Shown here: piece after piece, positions 1 through 25,637 of the stretch
Layout: every line of letters begins with the position of its first letter
Position numbering within the stretch: position 1 is the stretch's first letter
NCBI RefSeq assembly: GCF_004010195.1
Contig: NC_057736.1
Location: forward strand, 26,885,579-26,949,578
Reading direction: 5' to 3'
Source of the DNA: Chiloscyllium plagiosum
Lineage: Eukaryota
Length of the DNA stretch: 64,000 bases
Translations under genes and position numbers: made by a program
The notes under the pieces: generated by a model
Told to the model about the DNA's origin: nothing
The model's database searches: none
Seen by the model: only the letters and a program-made list of their open reading frames with translations

Positions 1-520
1 TGACTGGCCTGGACGTAGCCAGCAACAGTGGAAGCTGCTGCAGGACGGCCAACCGTTCACTCTTACCCACTGGGGCGTACACATTAATCAGTCTCAGAGG
101 AGCATTCCTGTACATGACGTCGGTGACGAGGATGCGCATGCCCACCACCTCCTTAACCTCGGAGATGGTGAAGTTGCCTCCTCTCAACAGGATACCCAGG
201 CCGGAGGCGCGGCTATCGTTGCCCCCCAACCAAACTGACGGCCCATGGACCCGTAAGCTCGACCATCTCCTGCAGCTGCTGAGGTGCGGTATCCCACACT
301 CCTGCAGGAACAGGACGTCGGCTTTAACGGTGGCCAGGAAGGCCATCGTAGAAACACATCGTGTAGCCGATTTGATGCTACGCACATTAATGCTGGCAAC
401 TCTTATCCCCATTTTAACAGTTTACAAGGTTAACAGTGTCCATTTGCTGCTGGTCTTGCCCCTCTGTGGGTAGCTGTGTGCATTCTCGTGGTGACGGCAA
501 ACTGCTGGACCATCCCAGGG
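1..520 (-). mobile_element. Tx1/L1-clade LINE: end of ORF1 and open start of ORF2 (APE endonuclease), ATG at 412, running off the window
   Basis: Stop-free MGIRVASINVRSIK...DVLFLQEC...SGLGILLR...LRLINVYAP, which are the APE endonuclease motifs. Confidence 0.85.
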
Positions 521-2940
521 CGACCCTTTTTGCCGTAATAATCCATAATGAAATTGCCTCTGGAAATCTGGTGGACACATCCATTATGGTTAGTAAGTAC
601 TGGTTTTCACTTTTAGTTCATGGGAGGGGATCTACACAGTTAATCACAACCCGTGTAAAAGGTTCTTTGAATGCAGGAAAATGGACAACAAAGGTGCTGG
701 TTTTATTCCTGCCTGTGGCTTACCTACTATTTGGCATGTATGACATGTACAGCAAATGTTAACCACATGCTTGCGCATTCTAGGCCAATAGAAATGCCTT
801 TGTACCTTAGCCTGAGCCTTTTGTACACCTAGGTGAACTCCTACAGGTAGTTCATGTGCTACCTGTAACACTTCCTGTCTGAACGCCACTGGTAACACAA
901 TCTGGTGCAGTTCTGCCCATTTCTTTTCTGCACTAACGTGCCATGGTCTCCATTTTCATCTTGGGATTCTATCTTTAAGATAATAACCCTCAGGAATATT
1001 CTCTGACTCCTTTTCTGTGTATGCATCAAAATACATATCTTTAACTGTTTCATCTTTCTGTTGTAAATTCCTTAGCCTTTCTGGACTAAACATGTCTGCC
1101 TGACCCTCTGCCTGTTCAGGTTTTTCCTGCACCATTACATCAAACGGGGCAAACCGGGTGTCCACTAACTGAACCTCAACTCATGTATCTTTCTCTTTAG
1201 TGTTTGCTTCATGCTGTGACTTATGATAATGGGATCTTGTCATTACACAGTCTGGGAAAATTCCAGGGTATTTTTCTTTTAACTCCTCAGTTCCCTTGTC
1301 TTCCTTTGGCTTCTGCACAACAAGGGGTGTCACTCCCACCTTGGATCCCACTAAATCATTCCCAGGAACAAACTGTATTCCTGTAACTGTCACTTTGTCA
1401 ATCACTCCCACTGTTATTTCCTCAGTCTTGAGTTGGCACTCCAACCTGATCTTACATAGGAAAACATTGAATTTCTGTCCATCTATCCCACAAATTACTT
1501 CTCTCTCGGGTAACATGTCAGAAAAAGTGCAAATACGTTCATCACTTATTATTAGAGACTGGTTAGATTCTATATCTCTCAAAATTATAACATCTTTCCC
1601 TTCTCCCCCTGTTCTTTCTGAGTAAACGTTATCCACAGAGGCAAAGTCTTTATAGAGATCAGGCACTAACCCCATACCCAGCCCCTGCCTAGGCTGTGCG
1701 CTCTCCTGCAGCTCCTTAGGGTTTCCTTTACTACTTTCACTAATGCCACTGGCTTAACTTCTTTTACCACATCTTTTCCCACAATGCCTTCCTTTAATGA
1801 CCAGCACTGTGACTTTATATGTCCCACTTTACCACAGTGGAAACATCTGAGGCCTTTCACCTCCTTTCCAACCTCTTGGGCGTCTCTTTTACCAGTGTTC
1901 TCTACTCTTTGTTTTATAGTGTTGAATCTCCCTTTCTCCCAATTTCTATCCCTCACAGGATGAAATTCTTGCCAGAAGCTAAACTTTGCCTTATGCACCA
2001 ATGTATGTCCATTTGCCATCTCTGCTGCTCTTCTCACTTCCTGAACTTTCTGTTCATCCACATGAATTCTTATCATCTCTAGAAGTGAGTTTTTAAAACT
2101 CCTACAACAAAATAAACTCTCTTAGAGCCTGGTTGATCTTATCTATTTTTAAGGCCAGCACCCATCTATCATAATGACTATGTTTAATTCTTTCAAAATC
2201 AACATAAGTCTGTCCTGGTTCCTTCTTTATGTTTCTGAATCACGGTCTATACGCTTCTGGTACCAATTCACAAACACTCAAAATAGCATGTTTGACATCT
2301 TCATAATCTCTTGACCTCCTCATCTGACAGCGCTGCAAATATCTCTGTAGCTCTGCCGACCAGCTTGGTCTAAACTAGCATTACCCACAAGTTCTCTGAC
2401 CATTCCATCTGCCTAGCCAATTTTTCAAATGAAATAAAGAAGGCATTGATATCTTTCTCATCAAAATGTGGCAGTGTTTTAACATATTTGTATATATCAC
2501 TACTTTCTCTCTTCATTCTGTTAACTTGACTTTCCCAACTAGTTGAGGCTTATGCCCAAAACGTCGATTCTCCTGTTCCTTGGATGCTGCCTGACCTGCT
2601 GCGCTTTTCTAGCAACACATTTTCAGCTCTTTCCTAACTAATTTGCAACTTCTGAAGTTCAAATTCTCTCTCCTTTTCTTTCTTTTCTCTCTCTTTTTCT
2701 TCCCTCGCTTTTTGTTCAGCTAAGAACCTTCTCTCTCTTTCCTTTTCCTCTAACATGGCTCTTCTTTCCTTTTATTTATTTTCTAACTCCATTTTCCTCA
2801 ATTGTAATTTAAGTTTTTCTAGTTCTACTGCACTTGTCTGCTTCTCTGCCACAGCTAAGTGACTAACTGCCTTACAAATTCAGCTTTACTTTTGTCTCTG
2901 GTTAAACCCAATTCTAACTTCTTTGCTAATTCTGAAAGTA
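520..2940 (-). mobile_element. Degenerate Ty3/Gypsy LTR retrotransposon of Gmr1 type (gag, zinc knuckle, protease, integrase)
   Basis: CFHCGKVGHIKSQC knuckle; protease-like VIILRD; integrase HHCC (VAHE...VHLG...CHTCQ) and core start (QYLLTIMDVSTRFPEA) directly after the protease; frameshifts and stops present. Confidence 0.85.
2542..2629. mobile_element. Short Penelope-related element
   Basis: GATGCTGCCTGACCTGCTG family sequence; TSD TTTCCCAACTA/TTTCCTAACTA (2531-2541, 2630-2640). Confidence 0.7.
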
Positions 2941-3671
2941 TTACTCTATTTAGATTCAGGACCTTAGTCTCAGAATCACTATGTCACTCTCCACCTTGAT
3001 GAGGAATTCCCCAAAGAGCCTAACACAACTAGATTGCCAATTTTTTTTTCTGATTATACAATACCCGGTCTAGGATGACCTGTTCTCTAGTTGGTTCCTC
3101 AATATATTGATCCAGAATACCATCACATATACAGTATTGTTACTCACTTGATTTTCCCAATCTATATGCAGATGAAAGTCACCCATAATTTCAGACATTC
3201 ATTTATTACAGGCATCTCTGATTTTCCTGTTTAATGCCATTTCCAACATCAGTCCTACAATTTCATGGTCTCTAAACAAACCCCATTAATGTTTTTTTCC
3301 TCTTAGTATTTCACAGCTCTACGTACACAGATTTCACATTGCTGGAGCTTATCCTTCCTGAGTGTTGCATTAAATCCCTCTTTAATCAGCAATGCAACTC
3401 CACTGCCTTTTCCTTTTATCTGTCCTTCTCTGATATTCAGTCCTGCAGCAATACCTTCATAATTCTCATTATACCATGCCTGTTTTCATCTATTTGTGTG
3501 ATTCCTTCATCTTCTTTATTGCAAATTAAATTAAGGCACAAAGCCTTATCCTTTTTAGCATTACTTGTCCCATTCTATTATTTTTTGTTGTATCCCTGTT
3601 TGATCCTGACCGTTAATTTCTAAGCCTATCACTCCTGGAAAATGGCTCAATAAACATCATTGAGTGTTGAG

Positions 3672-3943
3672 TCATAGAGTCACAGAGATGTACAGCATGG
3701 AAACAGACCCTTTGGTCGAACCAGATATCCCAACCCATCTAATCCAACCTGCCAGCACCCGGCCCATATCCCTCCAAACCCTTCCTATTCATATACCCAT
3801 CCAAAACTCTTACATGTTGCAATTGTACCAGCCTCCACCAGTCCCTCTGGCAGCTCATTCCATACCCATACCACCCTCTGCGTGAAAAAGTTGCCCCTTA
3901 GGTCTTTTTTATATCTTTCCCCTCTCACCCTAAACCTATGCCC
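3672..3943 (-). mobile_element. HER1/CR1 LINE 3' fragment
   Basis: Same tail as 11670-12207 and 28283-28636 (CATAGAG...ACAGCATGGAAACAGACCC). Confidence 0.8.
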
Positions 3944-4354
3944 TTGAGTGTTAAATTTACATTTGTTTTGTTAATAAATATGATTTAAACCTCCACTTAG
4001 GCCGTGTTATACTTTGTGTTAGGCTTTTGGTTGATTTTTGAGCGATCGTGAGTGATACTTTTTGCTGGTCTGCCTCAACCCTACTTTTCACATAGGCCCC
4101 ATTATTTCTATTAAGCGGTTTTCTATTAAGCAAGGTTGCTGGAATGTGTTATAGGAGAACGACCTGTTAGATCTGAAGATGCTGGAAATCACACCAAATT
4201 TGTCAACGGCACCATCCTCGAATCTAAAATACATTTTGAGCCTTCGTCGTGTAAACCTCCACCAGGGCTTTTGCTTTTTCTTCTTCTAATGCAAGTTGCA
4301 CTGATTGCTTTTTGAGTTATCAGTTTTTGAGGAAACTGATCAGCATTTTTTAAT

Positions 4355-4542
4355 ACCAAGAGAAAATGCTGGAAAACCTCAGCAGGTGTGGAAGCATCTG
4401 TAAGGAGAGAAAAGAGCTGACGTTTCGAGTCTAACTGACCCTTTGTCAAAGCTCCTTATAGATGCTGCCAGACCTGCTGAGATTTTGCAGCATTTTCTCT
4501 TTTGGTTTCTGATTCCAGTATCCGCAGTAATTTGCTTTTATC
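4355..4542. mobile_element. Short fold-back Penelope-related element with hammerhead-like motif, just upstream of the RPL11 promoter
   Basis: Inverted arms AAATGCTG...CAGCAGGT / ACCTGCTG...CAGCATTT; TSD CAGCATTTT(T/G)TAAT at 4341-4354 and 4543-4556. Confidence 0.75.
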
Positions 4543-4699
4543 CAGCATTTTGTAATGAAGTTTTTGTGAGGGAGATGAGGAGGGTGTATTCTCCTGGCGG
4601 TGGAAAGGGGGCGCTAATCGGTAAGAATGTGATGCTTTGGTTCATGTCCAGGGCGATGCGGGCCCCGGTTTAAACCGTTGCCTTGTCTCCAGCACCAAC

Positions 4700-17707
<13,008 letters not shown>

Positions 17708-20700
17708 AAATGTTTTGTAATTGTCATTAATACAAGAATCTGATCCTTATTCAGTTTTAGTTTAGTGATAGTTACTTCATCATTGTAACTTGAATTAGGC
17801 AGAAAGATAACTGTCAGTTGTACTGCTGGTTTACCTGTTTTCTGACTCTATTATAATTTGACAAAGTTCATGTCTGGTGATGAATTTACAATTGTTTAGT
17901 GAATGTAGCCTTCTCTTGAAGCTGCTATTCGATATGTGCTCTAGCTATCTGTGAACTCAAAAACCACAATTCCATGAATGCAATAAGAGCTATTTGGTGT
18001 GAATCATCCTGTTGTTGATCCAAATTTTCTCAACAGCCCTAAAATTTAACAATTTCTTTTTTAAAAATCATTTCAGTTTTCCCTTGTGTTGAGAATCCCA
18101 AAGTTATGGTTCAATAATGTCAATCAAATGCTAATGCTTCTGATGTAAGCCTGAACAATAAATTAAATCTTCCACCTGTGCATCCTCAACAAAGTTTCAC
18201 CCATTATAAGCGGGGAATCTTGGGTTTTGTAAATGTGATTTCCTGTCTATGCTATTGCTGGTGGAAAGCTGAACTCACCATGAACTCACTACCAGGAAAC
18301 ATCTATTATCAATGAACAGTTCTGCAGAGAAGAGCATTGTACTCAAGTCCAATGTTAGATCTTGTGACTCCAGATGATATGTTGATTGGGACTGGATGGT
18401 CTTTCCCTATGTTTAATTGTAATGTCCCACTGATAGCTGTCTTAACTGAAGGTGTTCAGCATACAAGGAACTGAACAAGGTAATGAGGAAGGAGAAAAAT
18501 ACTACTGTGGGGAGAAAGAAAGCTGATGGATACCAATGGTGCAGATTGCCTTCCAGGTATTCTATATTCTTGATGTTAAGCTGATTTTTGTTTTCCATCC
18601 CCTCCTTTACTGAGTTACTCAGTTCTACAAGACCAAATGGCTCTACTGAGAACTGGCCCTACTTTGCCAGATATTCAACTTTCCACTTCTGGGTCTTGTG
18701 TCTGTAATTTCTTTGCTTTACTCATGATGTCTACTGTTGTCACATTGCTGTCTTTCATTTGAGCACTTTATAGATCATTCCTATTTTTCTGATCCTTTGT
18801 TATATTTCCCCATTGTATTTTTTTAAAAAATCAGTATTTTCTTCCAAAGAAAGTCTTCTGGCAAAAAATCCTCATTGTGCTGTTGACAAATATTCCCTGA
18901 TCTACTAAAGGCTTCTAGCATTTTCTTTTGTTATTTTTATGTAACCATTGTGATTCATTTTTACATCGATAAATTCAGAGAATGAGAAAGAGTGCTTTCA
19001 ATTCAATGTGTTGGTGGAATAACTATTTTCAGAATATAGTGTAAAACATTATGACTATAAGGTAGTGACAACACAATAAATACACCATATTTACTATTTA
19101 TATATTTTTATTCACACATAAATAGTAATTCAAACATTTTCATGACAGTGAATATGCAAGGAATTTGACACATTTCTGTATTGGATGAATGCAATTTTCT
19201 TTGAAAAGCAGTTTTTGCTACTTCTTCTAGCATTCAAACATTTCTATTAACTTCAGCCATCAGCGTGCCTGTGTTACAAAGAACAATATTAACTTGCCCT
19301 CTCTTTTCCCCATCCCTTGCCCACCCCTAAACTCACTTCCACCATCACTCTCCCCTTCCCTCTTTCTTGGGGTATGTGAAGTTTAAATAAATGCAAACTT
19401 GATCTGAATACATTGTATAATTTCATTCAACCTTGAGAGAAAGATTCTCAGCACTATTCTGCTACATAGGAATCTTGATTCATATGTAACCTAGTCATCA
19501 TAAATTTAAGAAATCAGTTCTCAGAGCTCAGCTACATTGACTTGTGTTTATTAGCCCATATTAGTTGTCTTTCACTTCTGGATCCAATGTGTATCTTGTC
19601 TCCTGTGAGCTATAGTAGCAATGATTAATTGCAAATTAGTCATTATGTTTATCAGCAGTCTCAATCCCTGCTGCTGAGAGTGATCATTCCTCCTGTATTC
19701 CAAATATAAAGTTTACAGCAGAATTTATTTTTTCTTGAAAAGAAATCCTTCAATTCCCTTGTGAGCCATGTTGAATGAACTGCTTTTGTGGTTTATTTTT
19801 AATGCTTGTTTGCATGATCTCATCTAGACTATTTCCTGATAGTTCAAATACTCAATTGTACTTTGTGTTGAACTGCGTTTGCAACTGAATGTTATAAGTT
19901 GTCGATTTAAAGAGGAATGCTCTCCAACATTCTTCACCATCTCATTCCACCAACCCATATCTCATGTATGGCTATTTTCCCAGTTTAATTCCAATAAATC
20001 TGTTCTGTGGGCATTTTTCCAGTGTATTCATTTGGAAACTCTGTGCTTTATAGAACATTTACACAGTTGGGAGAAGTGATTGCTTGATTAGTCAGATACA
20101 GTTTCAATGATACTGATATTCAGTAATCCCTATTATTTCAATTGTGTTAATTATAAATAATGTAAGGTTATTTTGAAATATTTATAGCTTGTTCACTTTT
20201 TGGGCCAATAGGTTTTTTTTAAAAGTGGCATAAAATGCTGGGAGACAGTTTTGTCTTTTAAGCAATCAATTTTTGACTTTTTCCATGATATTTCCTATTT
20301 GTTTTACATTAGCTTAAACATTTTAACTGCAACAATTTAAAATTACTCAAGATTCCATTGCTTTCACTGTCACCTTGGTGAAGTCTCTCACCTTTTATTA
20401 AGATCTATAGAAGCACAATTTTGATCATTCCTGGCTGCTTCTGATCCATTTAGGAAATTGTACTTTCATTTTTAATTAAACTTGAAATTGAATTCTGTTC
20501 CAAGTTTTGAGTAAACTAATACAAATTGTACTTTTTTTGTTTCATACTGTATGCTGTGTCATCAGGTCTCGTGTAAAGTGGGCTTCATTGAAAGAATTTC
20601 ATATTTAAAGTTTTTCTCCATGCTGTTATACCATTAGGAAGATGAAGAAGGTCAATCACTGCTCAAGCCCTGGCCACTATTTATATTAATGCCACTTCTA

Positions 20701-20751
20701 ATTCAAGACAACTGGAATGATGCCAGTAGTGCCTCTTACTAATTTATACCC

Positions 20752-20941
20752 AACACCAGGTTATAGTCCAACAGGTTTAATTGAAAGCACACTAGCTTTC
20801 GGAGTGCCGCCCCATGAGGTGGTTGAAGGATGAAGGAGCGGCGCTCCGAAAGCTAGTGTGCTTCCAATTAAACCTGTTGGACTATAACCTGGTGATTTTT
20901 AACTTTGTACACCCCAGTCCAACACCGGCATCTTCAAATCA
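20752..20941. mobile_element. Fold-back element (second family) with hammerhead-like motif
   Basis: Inverted arms CACCAGGTTATAGTCCAACAGGTTTAATTG / CAATTAAACCTGTTGGACTATAACCTGGTG; exact TSD TAATTTATACCC at 20740-20751 and 20942-20953. Confidence 0.8.
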
Positions 20942-22306
20942 TAATTTATACCCCTTCTCTACATCGCTAGGCCCTCTGTCTAATTGTTTATCTGTGAGCT
21001 ATTTAACTTGACCCTGTGGTCTAAAGTGTGATGTTTAAACAACTACTTTGAACAAGCTGTTATGTGGGCTGAATAGTCACGTGCCTGACTTAGTGATTTG
21101 TCTCAGTCTTGGGCAGACATATTACAGCTGGAAGACTGTTAGAAGTATTAATTTGCCTCTCGTCCTTCTCCACCTCCTTTTCTATTCTTGTGCATTGTTA
21201 TCCAAACTACTTTTATACCTTGCTGCATTGCCCAGTTGCTACATTTCATTTTAATTTTGCCATGGGACTAAACCTCCAGAACTACATCCCAATTCTTTTT
21301 GCAGTGTGATAAACCAGAGATAAAGGGAAGTTAAATCTCAGGTCTATGACCCTTCCATCTTGTCCTATCGTTTTACTTGCAGACCTATTTCTTTTTTCAT
21401 TTGATAAGTTGTTTTAATTTTTAATCAAGAGAACTTGGATTTGATTTTTGACAACAATTTGAAACAGCAGATTGTTTTAAAATTAAAAAAAATGTGGAAG
21501 GTGAAGACACAAATCCTCACAAATGTGAAAAGAAAATTTCTAATTACAAAATTTTAGTCAAGATCTGAGGTTTATCTACTACAAATTGTTGTTTTCCTTA
21601 AACTTAAGAGTTACAAAATTCCATCATTGCCACTACCCCAAATTTCTACTTACAACCTTCTTCAATTTTGCTAATTTTTTTGGCACTAGGTATTTTCATA
21701 GTCCAAACACTCCCTCTTGTTACTCTCATGGTCACTCCAGTAATCTGAAAATTTTGCTTTTACCTTCATACAGCTAACACTAAAATGTTGATACTTCAAT
21801 GTTTGTCTTTTTAAACCATCTTGATAAGAATCAAAGTTAAAATTGACAACTCATTTGTTAAATTTGTTGGACTTCCACTTCCTACTTTGGTTAATTAACA
21901 AATCAAGATGATTACAGAAGTGGTACCTCAAAAGCTTTTGATAGTTTTTTGGTGAAGTTGTCTCAAGTGTTTAGCAAACCACTTAAGAAGCTTTTAGATG
22001 AGGCACAGCCACCCTTAAGTCAACAGAACATTTCCTTACCTTTTGTGTACAACATTCACTTTATCTCAAGACATGATAGTAAAGGAGAAGAGAGTTGACA
22101 AATTCCTTTACTTATTTTTCAAATGAGAAATGCAATAAAATTGGTGTTTTTAAAGAAGGTATTCTCCATTTTGTTCCTCTTTCAGACTTGTCATGTTGAT
22201 GCAACTTTATTGAATCTGAAGTCTAGAAATATAATTGCTTTCATTCTTCAGAGCATGTCAGATCGTAATAAAATCAATTATATGATAGATAGAAAGTGAC
22301 CATCAC

Positions 22307-22617
22307 GGCAGCACAGTGGCTCAGTGATTAGCACTGCTGTCTCACAGCAGTAGGGTTCCAGGTTCGATTCCAGCCTCTGGCAACTGTCTGTGTGGAGTTT
22401 GCACATTCTCCCTGTGTCTGCATGGGTTTCCTCCAGGTGCTCCGGTTTCCTCCCACAGTCCAAAGATGTGCAGGTCAGGTGAATTGGCCATGCTAAATTG
22501 CCCATAGTGTTAGGTGCATTAGTCAGAGAGAAATGGGTCTGGGTGGGTTACTCTTCAGAGGGGCGGTGTGGACTTGTTGGGCCGAAGGGCCTGTTTCCAC
22601 ACTGTAGGGAATCTAAT
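22307..22617 (+). mobile_element. HE1-type tRNA-derived V-SINE
   Basis: A box TGGCTCAGTG, B box GGTTCGATTCC, V-domain GTGTGGAGTTTGCACATTCTCC...CTCCGGTTTCCTCCCACAGTCCAAAGA, LINE-derived tail. Confidence 0.88.
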
Positions 22618-23021
22618 ACTGCATCCAGTGAACAATTTTTTTTGATTGAATTAGGATATTGATGTATCTTGGCCACTTGTATTGACATTTAAGAAGCACT
22701 ATCTTCATGAAACATTTGACAAAACTTTTATTTTTTTGTAAAAACAAAATTCAGTGCACCAGTTTAGAGATTTTGGGGTAATTGTAAAAATATTTGTAGA
22801 ACGCATCTGTAAAGATATCCATCTGGAAAATGCTATGAGACAAAGTTAACCAGCTGCTGCCCACTCTGCCATGAAATCAATAATGCAAGTTTTTCTAGAC
22901 ATTGTCAGGGAAAATGTGTGGTAAGGCCTTTATGAATGAAAGAACTGGGTGGTAATACTGGGGTTTACATTTGAAATCTGGTTGTATAAAGAGTTTCTTA
23001 AAATTTTAGATATGCTGCTTA

Positions 23022-23754
23022 TTAGATACTGATTGCTGCAGACGCCACAGAACTAGCTCTGGACTCTCGAAGTTTGTTGTTGGGCAACAAAATGCTGCAG
23101 CAAGAGACACCCACCGTGGCTTCTGGTAGCTCATCCTCATCAGTCCATTCATTTAGATCTGGATTGTAGACCTGGATGCAGCTCTTGTACTTCTTTGCAC
23201 TTTCATTCCAACCTCCAACTAGATAAATTCTGTCATTCAGGGTTGTTACACCAGCTGTACTTACACCGATTGATAGGGGAGCTACGTAGCTCCATTGCCC
23301 ATTATAAGCATTGTAGCGTTCAACTGTTATCACATCAACCCGCTCACCTTGCGGCCCAAGCTGACTGCCCCCCATCACGTAGCTGTAATCACCAAGAGTG
23401 ACTGCACAGTGCCAACCTCTGGGTGTACTCAAACTAGCATAGTCTTTCCAAGTGTCTGTTGTTGGATCATAGGCACACACTGTACGAGAGTAACCATTGT
23501 TGATATAGCCACCAGTTATCAGGATCTTGCCATCGCTAAGAGCAGAAGCATGGCAGCAGCGGGCAACATCCATCCGAGCCTTCATCTGCCACTGGTTAGT
23601 GGAAGGGATGTAACATTCCATGGACAAAAGAGGACCATCTGAGTTCCGACCACCAATTGCAAAAAGCAAGCCATTGTAAGCGCACATACTGAAATGGGTT
23701 CGCCTCTGAAGCATGCTGGCTAAATGAAACCATGTGTTGAAACGAGGGTCATAT
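23022..23754 (-). CDS. KLHL31-like: KLHL31-like last coding exon (Kelch repeats and C-terminus); full CDS join(26824..25638,23754..23022), 639 aa
   Basis: TTTTCAG|A TAT GAC CCT CGT (RYDPRFNTW...) in phase with the previous exon; [12 protein letters not shown]...[12 protein letters not shown]...[11 protein letters not shown]. Confidence 0.93.
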
Positions 23755-23959
23755 CTGAAAAATACAATGATTTTTTAAAATATACCTTTCAGATATGAAA
23801 AGATCACATCAAGGAGATGATTTCATAGGTTTGTCATTTAATATGAATTGCTTGTTGAAAAGCTGAAGATTCATCTATTCTACCATCCACAAGTCAGATT
23901 ATAAAGTGGAATTATTGATTAATCATAGCAGTTGATCTATTAGTCAAAAAATGACAACA

Positions 23960-24620
23960 GCAGAAAATCAAGGAAATTTTGTAACACACTTAATTACCAC
24001 TTAATAACTTCCATCATGTTTCCTTTCCTACATTATAACAGTGACTATGCATCACGGATGTACTTCATTGGTCATAAAACACTTTGGCATCTACTGAGAT
24101 CATGGAGGGTGCTGTATAAATGTAAATTTTTCTTCCTATTTTATTACTCCTTCGAACCCTCAGTGTTACTTCATACTGTGGGAGTTGCCTCTTCACTCAG
24201 GTTTCTAATTGAAAAAAATGTTGCTTTTGAAGACATGGTATTCAAGGCAAGAATTTCAAATGAAAGATTTTTTAGTGACTGAAAAGGAACTTGTATTATA
24301 CTGTGCTTTGTCATGTCTCTGGAGAAAAAGTACTTGGCTTTATATAGTCTCTTTAATATCTCAAGTTATCCCAAAGTTAAACAAACCTGAAGTGAAGTTA
24401 CTCCCATAAATAATGCAGCAACTAAATTGTGCACAAAGGAACAGCAATGTGATAATCAGTCCTATGTTTTTCAAAATGTTGGTCGACGATAAATGTTGGC
24501 CATGATTTCGTAGAGAATTTCCTTCTCTGAATAGTGGCAGGGGATCTTTTACATCTACCTGTTCCCTCAGCCTATAATGGAATAGACAACTAGTTTAAGT
24601 GCTCAAATCAGGAGTGGAAT
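23960..24620. mobile_element. Ancient SINE/L2-tail remnants (Deu-SINE-like) in the KLHL intron
   Basis: TTTCCTACATTATAACAGTGACT...GCTGTATAAATGTAA tail plus an oppositely oriented related remnant. Confidence 0.45.
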
Positions 24621-25637
24621 TCAATTGATGAAATATTTGATCCAGAGAGAGATTTAAGATTTATATTAGTTCCTAAATGGTTGCTTCCATCTCCTTAAAT
24701 TTTGCAGTCAATCCCACTACAAATGTCAAAGCTAAAACTGAGAGCTCTTCACTCCTCCCCTGGTCCACAGCTATTTGAATTTTAGGTTGAAGTTCACAAT
24801 ATTGTAAAATAATTCAGTTTGTATTAACGCCTGAGTACAACCAAGAAAAAACTAATTGGTTTCAGTTTCTGCAAATGCAAAACAGTTCAGCTGACTGCAA
24901 AAGGACAGCAGGAAATTTCTGGGATTAATTAGGAACGTTTGAAAAATTCTGAAAAGACCTAGAAGGTTAGTATTTGTTTCAGTTAGTAGTAAAATTCTCT
25001 GGCATGTACTGAGGATATGAAAAGCACAGGTAAACCCCAATTCTATCATACTTTAAATCTAAAATACAATGTCAATATATTGTGACAGACACTACCAAGT
25101 GTCTGGTGTACTTAGCATCATAACTGTAATGAGATGGTATCAGGCCTGTGAAGGTATGCTAAATTTAAAGGAAACACAAGTTGTTAAGGCATCTCTTGCA
25201 AATGAACAAATCTGAGTAAGGCATTATAAAATAGTAATAACTGGATAATCTTTAGTTAGTTTAGAACAGGGCGTGTTAATACTGCCATCTTTTTAGAATC
25301 TTCTAATAGATTTTAAAGTTGCCTTACCACAGCTTTAATAACCAGTTTTGATTTGAGTTATAAATATCAGTTCTACAGTGTATAAATTCTGCTGCGAATT
25401 TGATTGTACACTATCACAATAATGACAATGCTTCAGAAGTATAATTGGTGCTGAAGGGTTTTTGGATGTCCCATGGAAATTATAGGCACTAAATTGGGCA
25501 AGTTTCTTTCTTTAAAAACTAGAACATGTCCCTCGGAAGAAAGAAAAGCCTTAAATAGTTCACAGATTTTGTTTTTATCCTGAGTTTGAAATAGTCAAAC
25601 ACTTAGCATGTCCAACAGAACAATTAACTTACGTTAC

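Noticed and set aside
114-473. 119-aa plus-strand ORF
   Set aside because: Antisense shadow of the Tx1 ORF2 on the minus strand
22307-22380. tRNA-like A/B boxes (also at 40570, 41590 and 44620)
   Set aside because: These are SINE heads, not complete cloverleaf tRNAs
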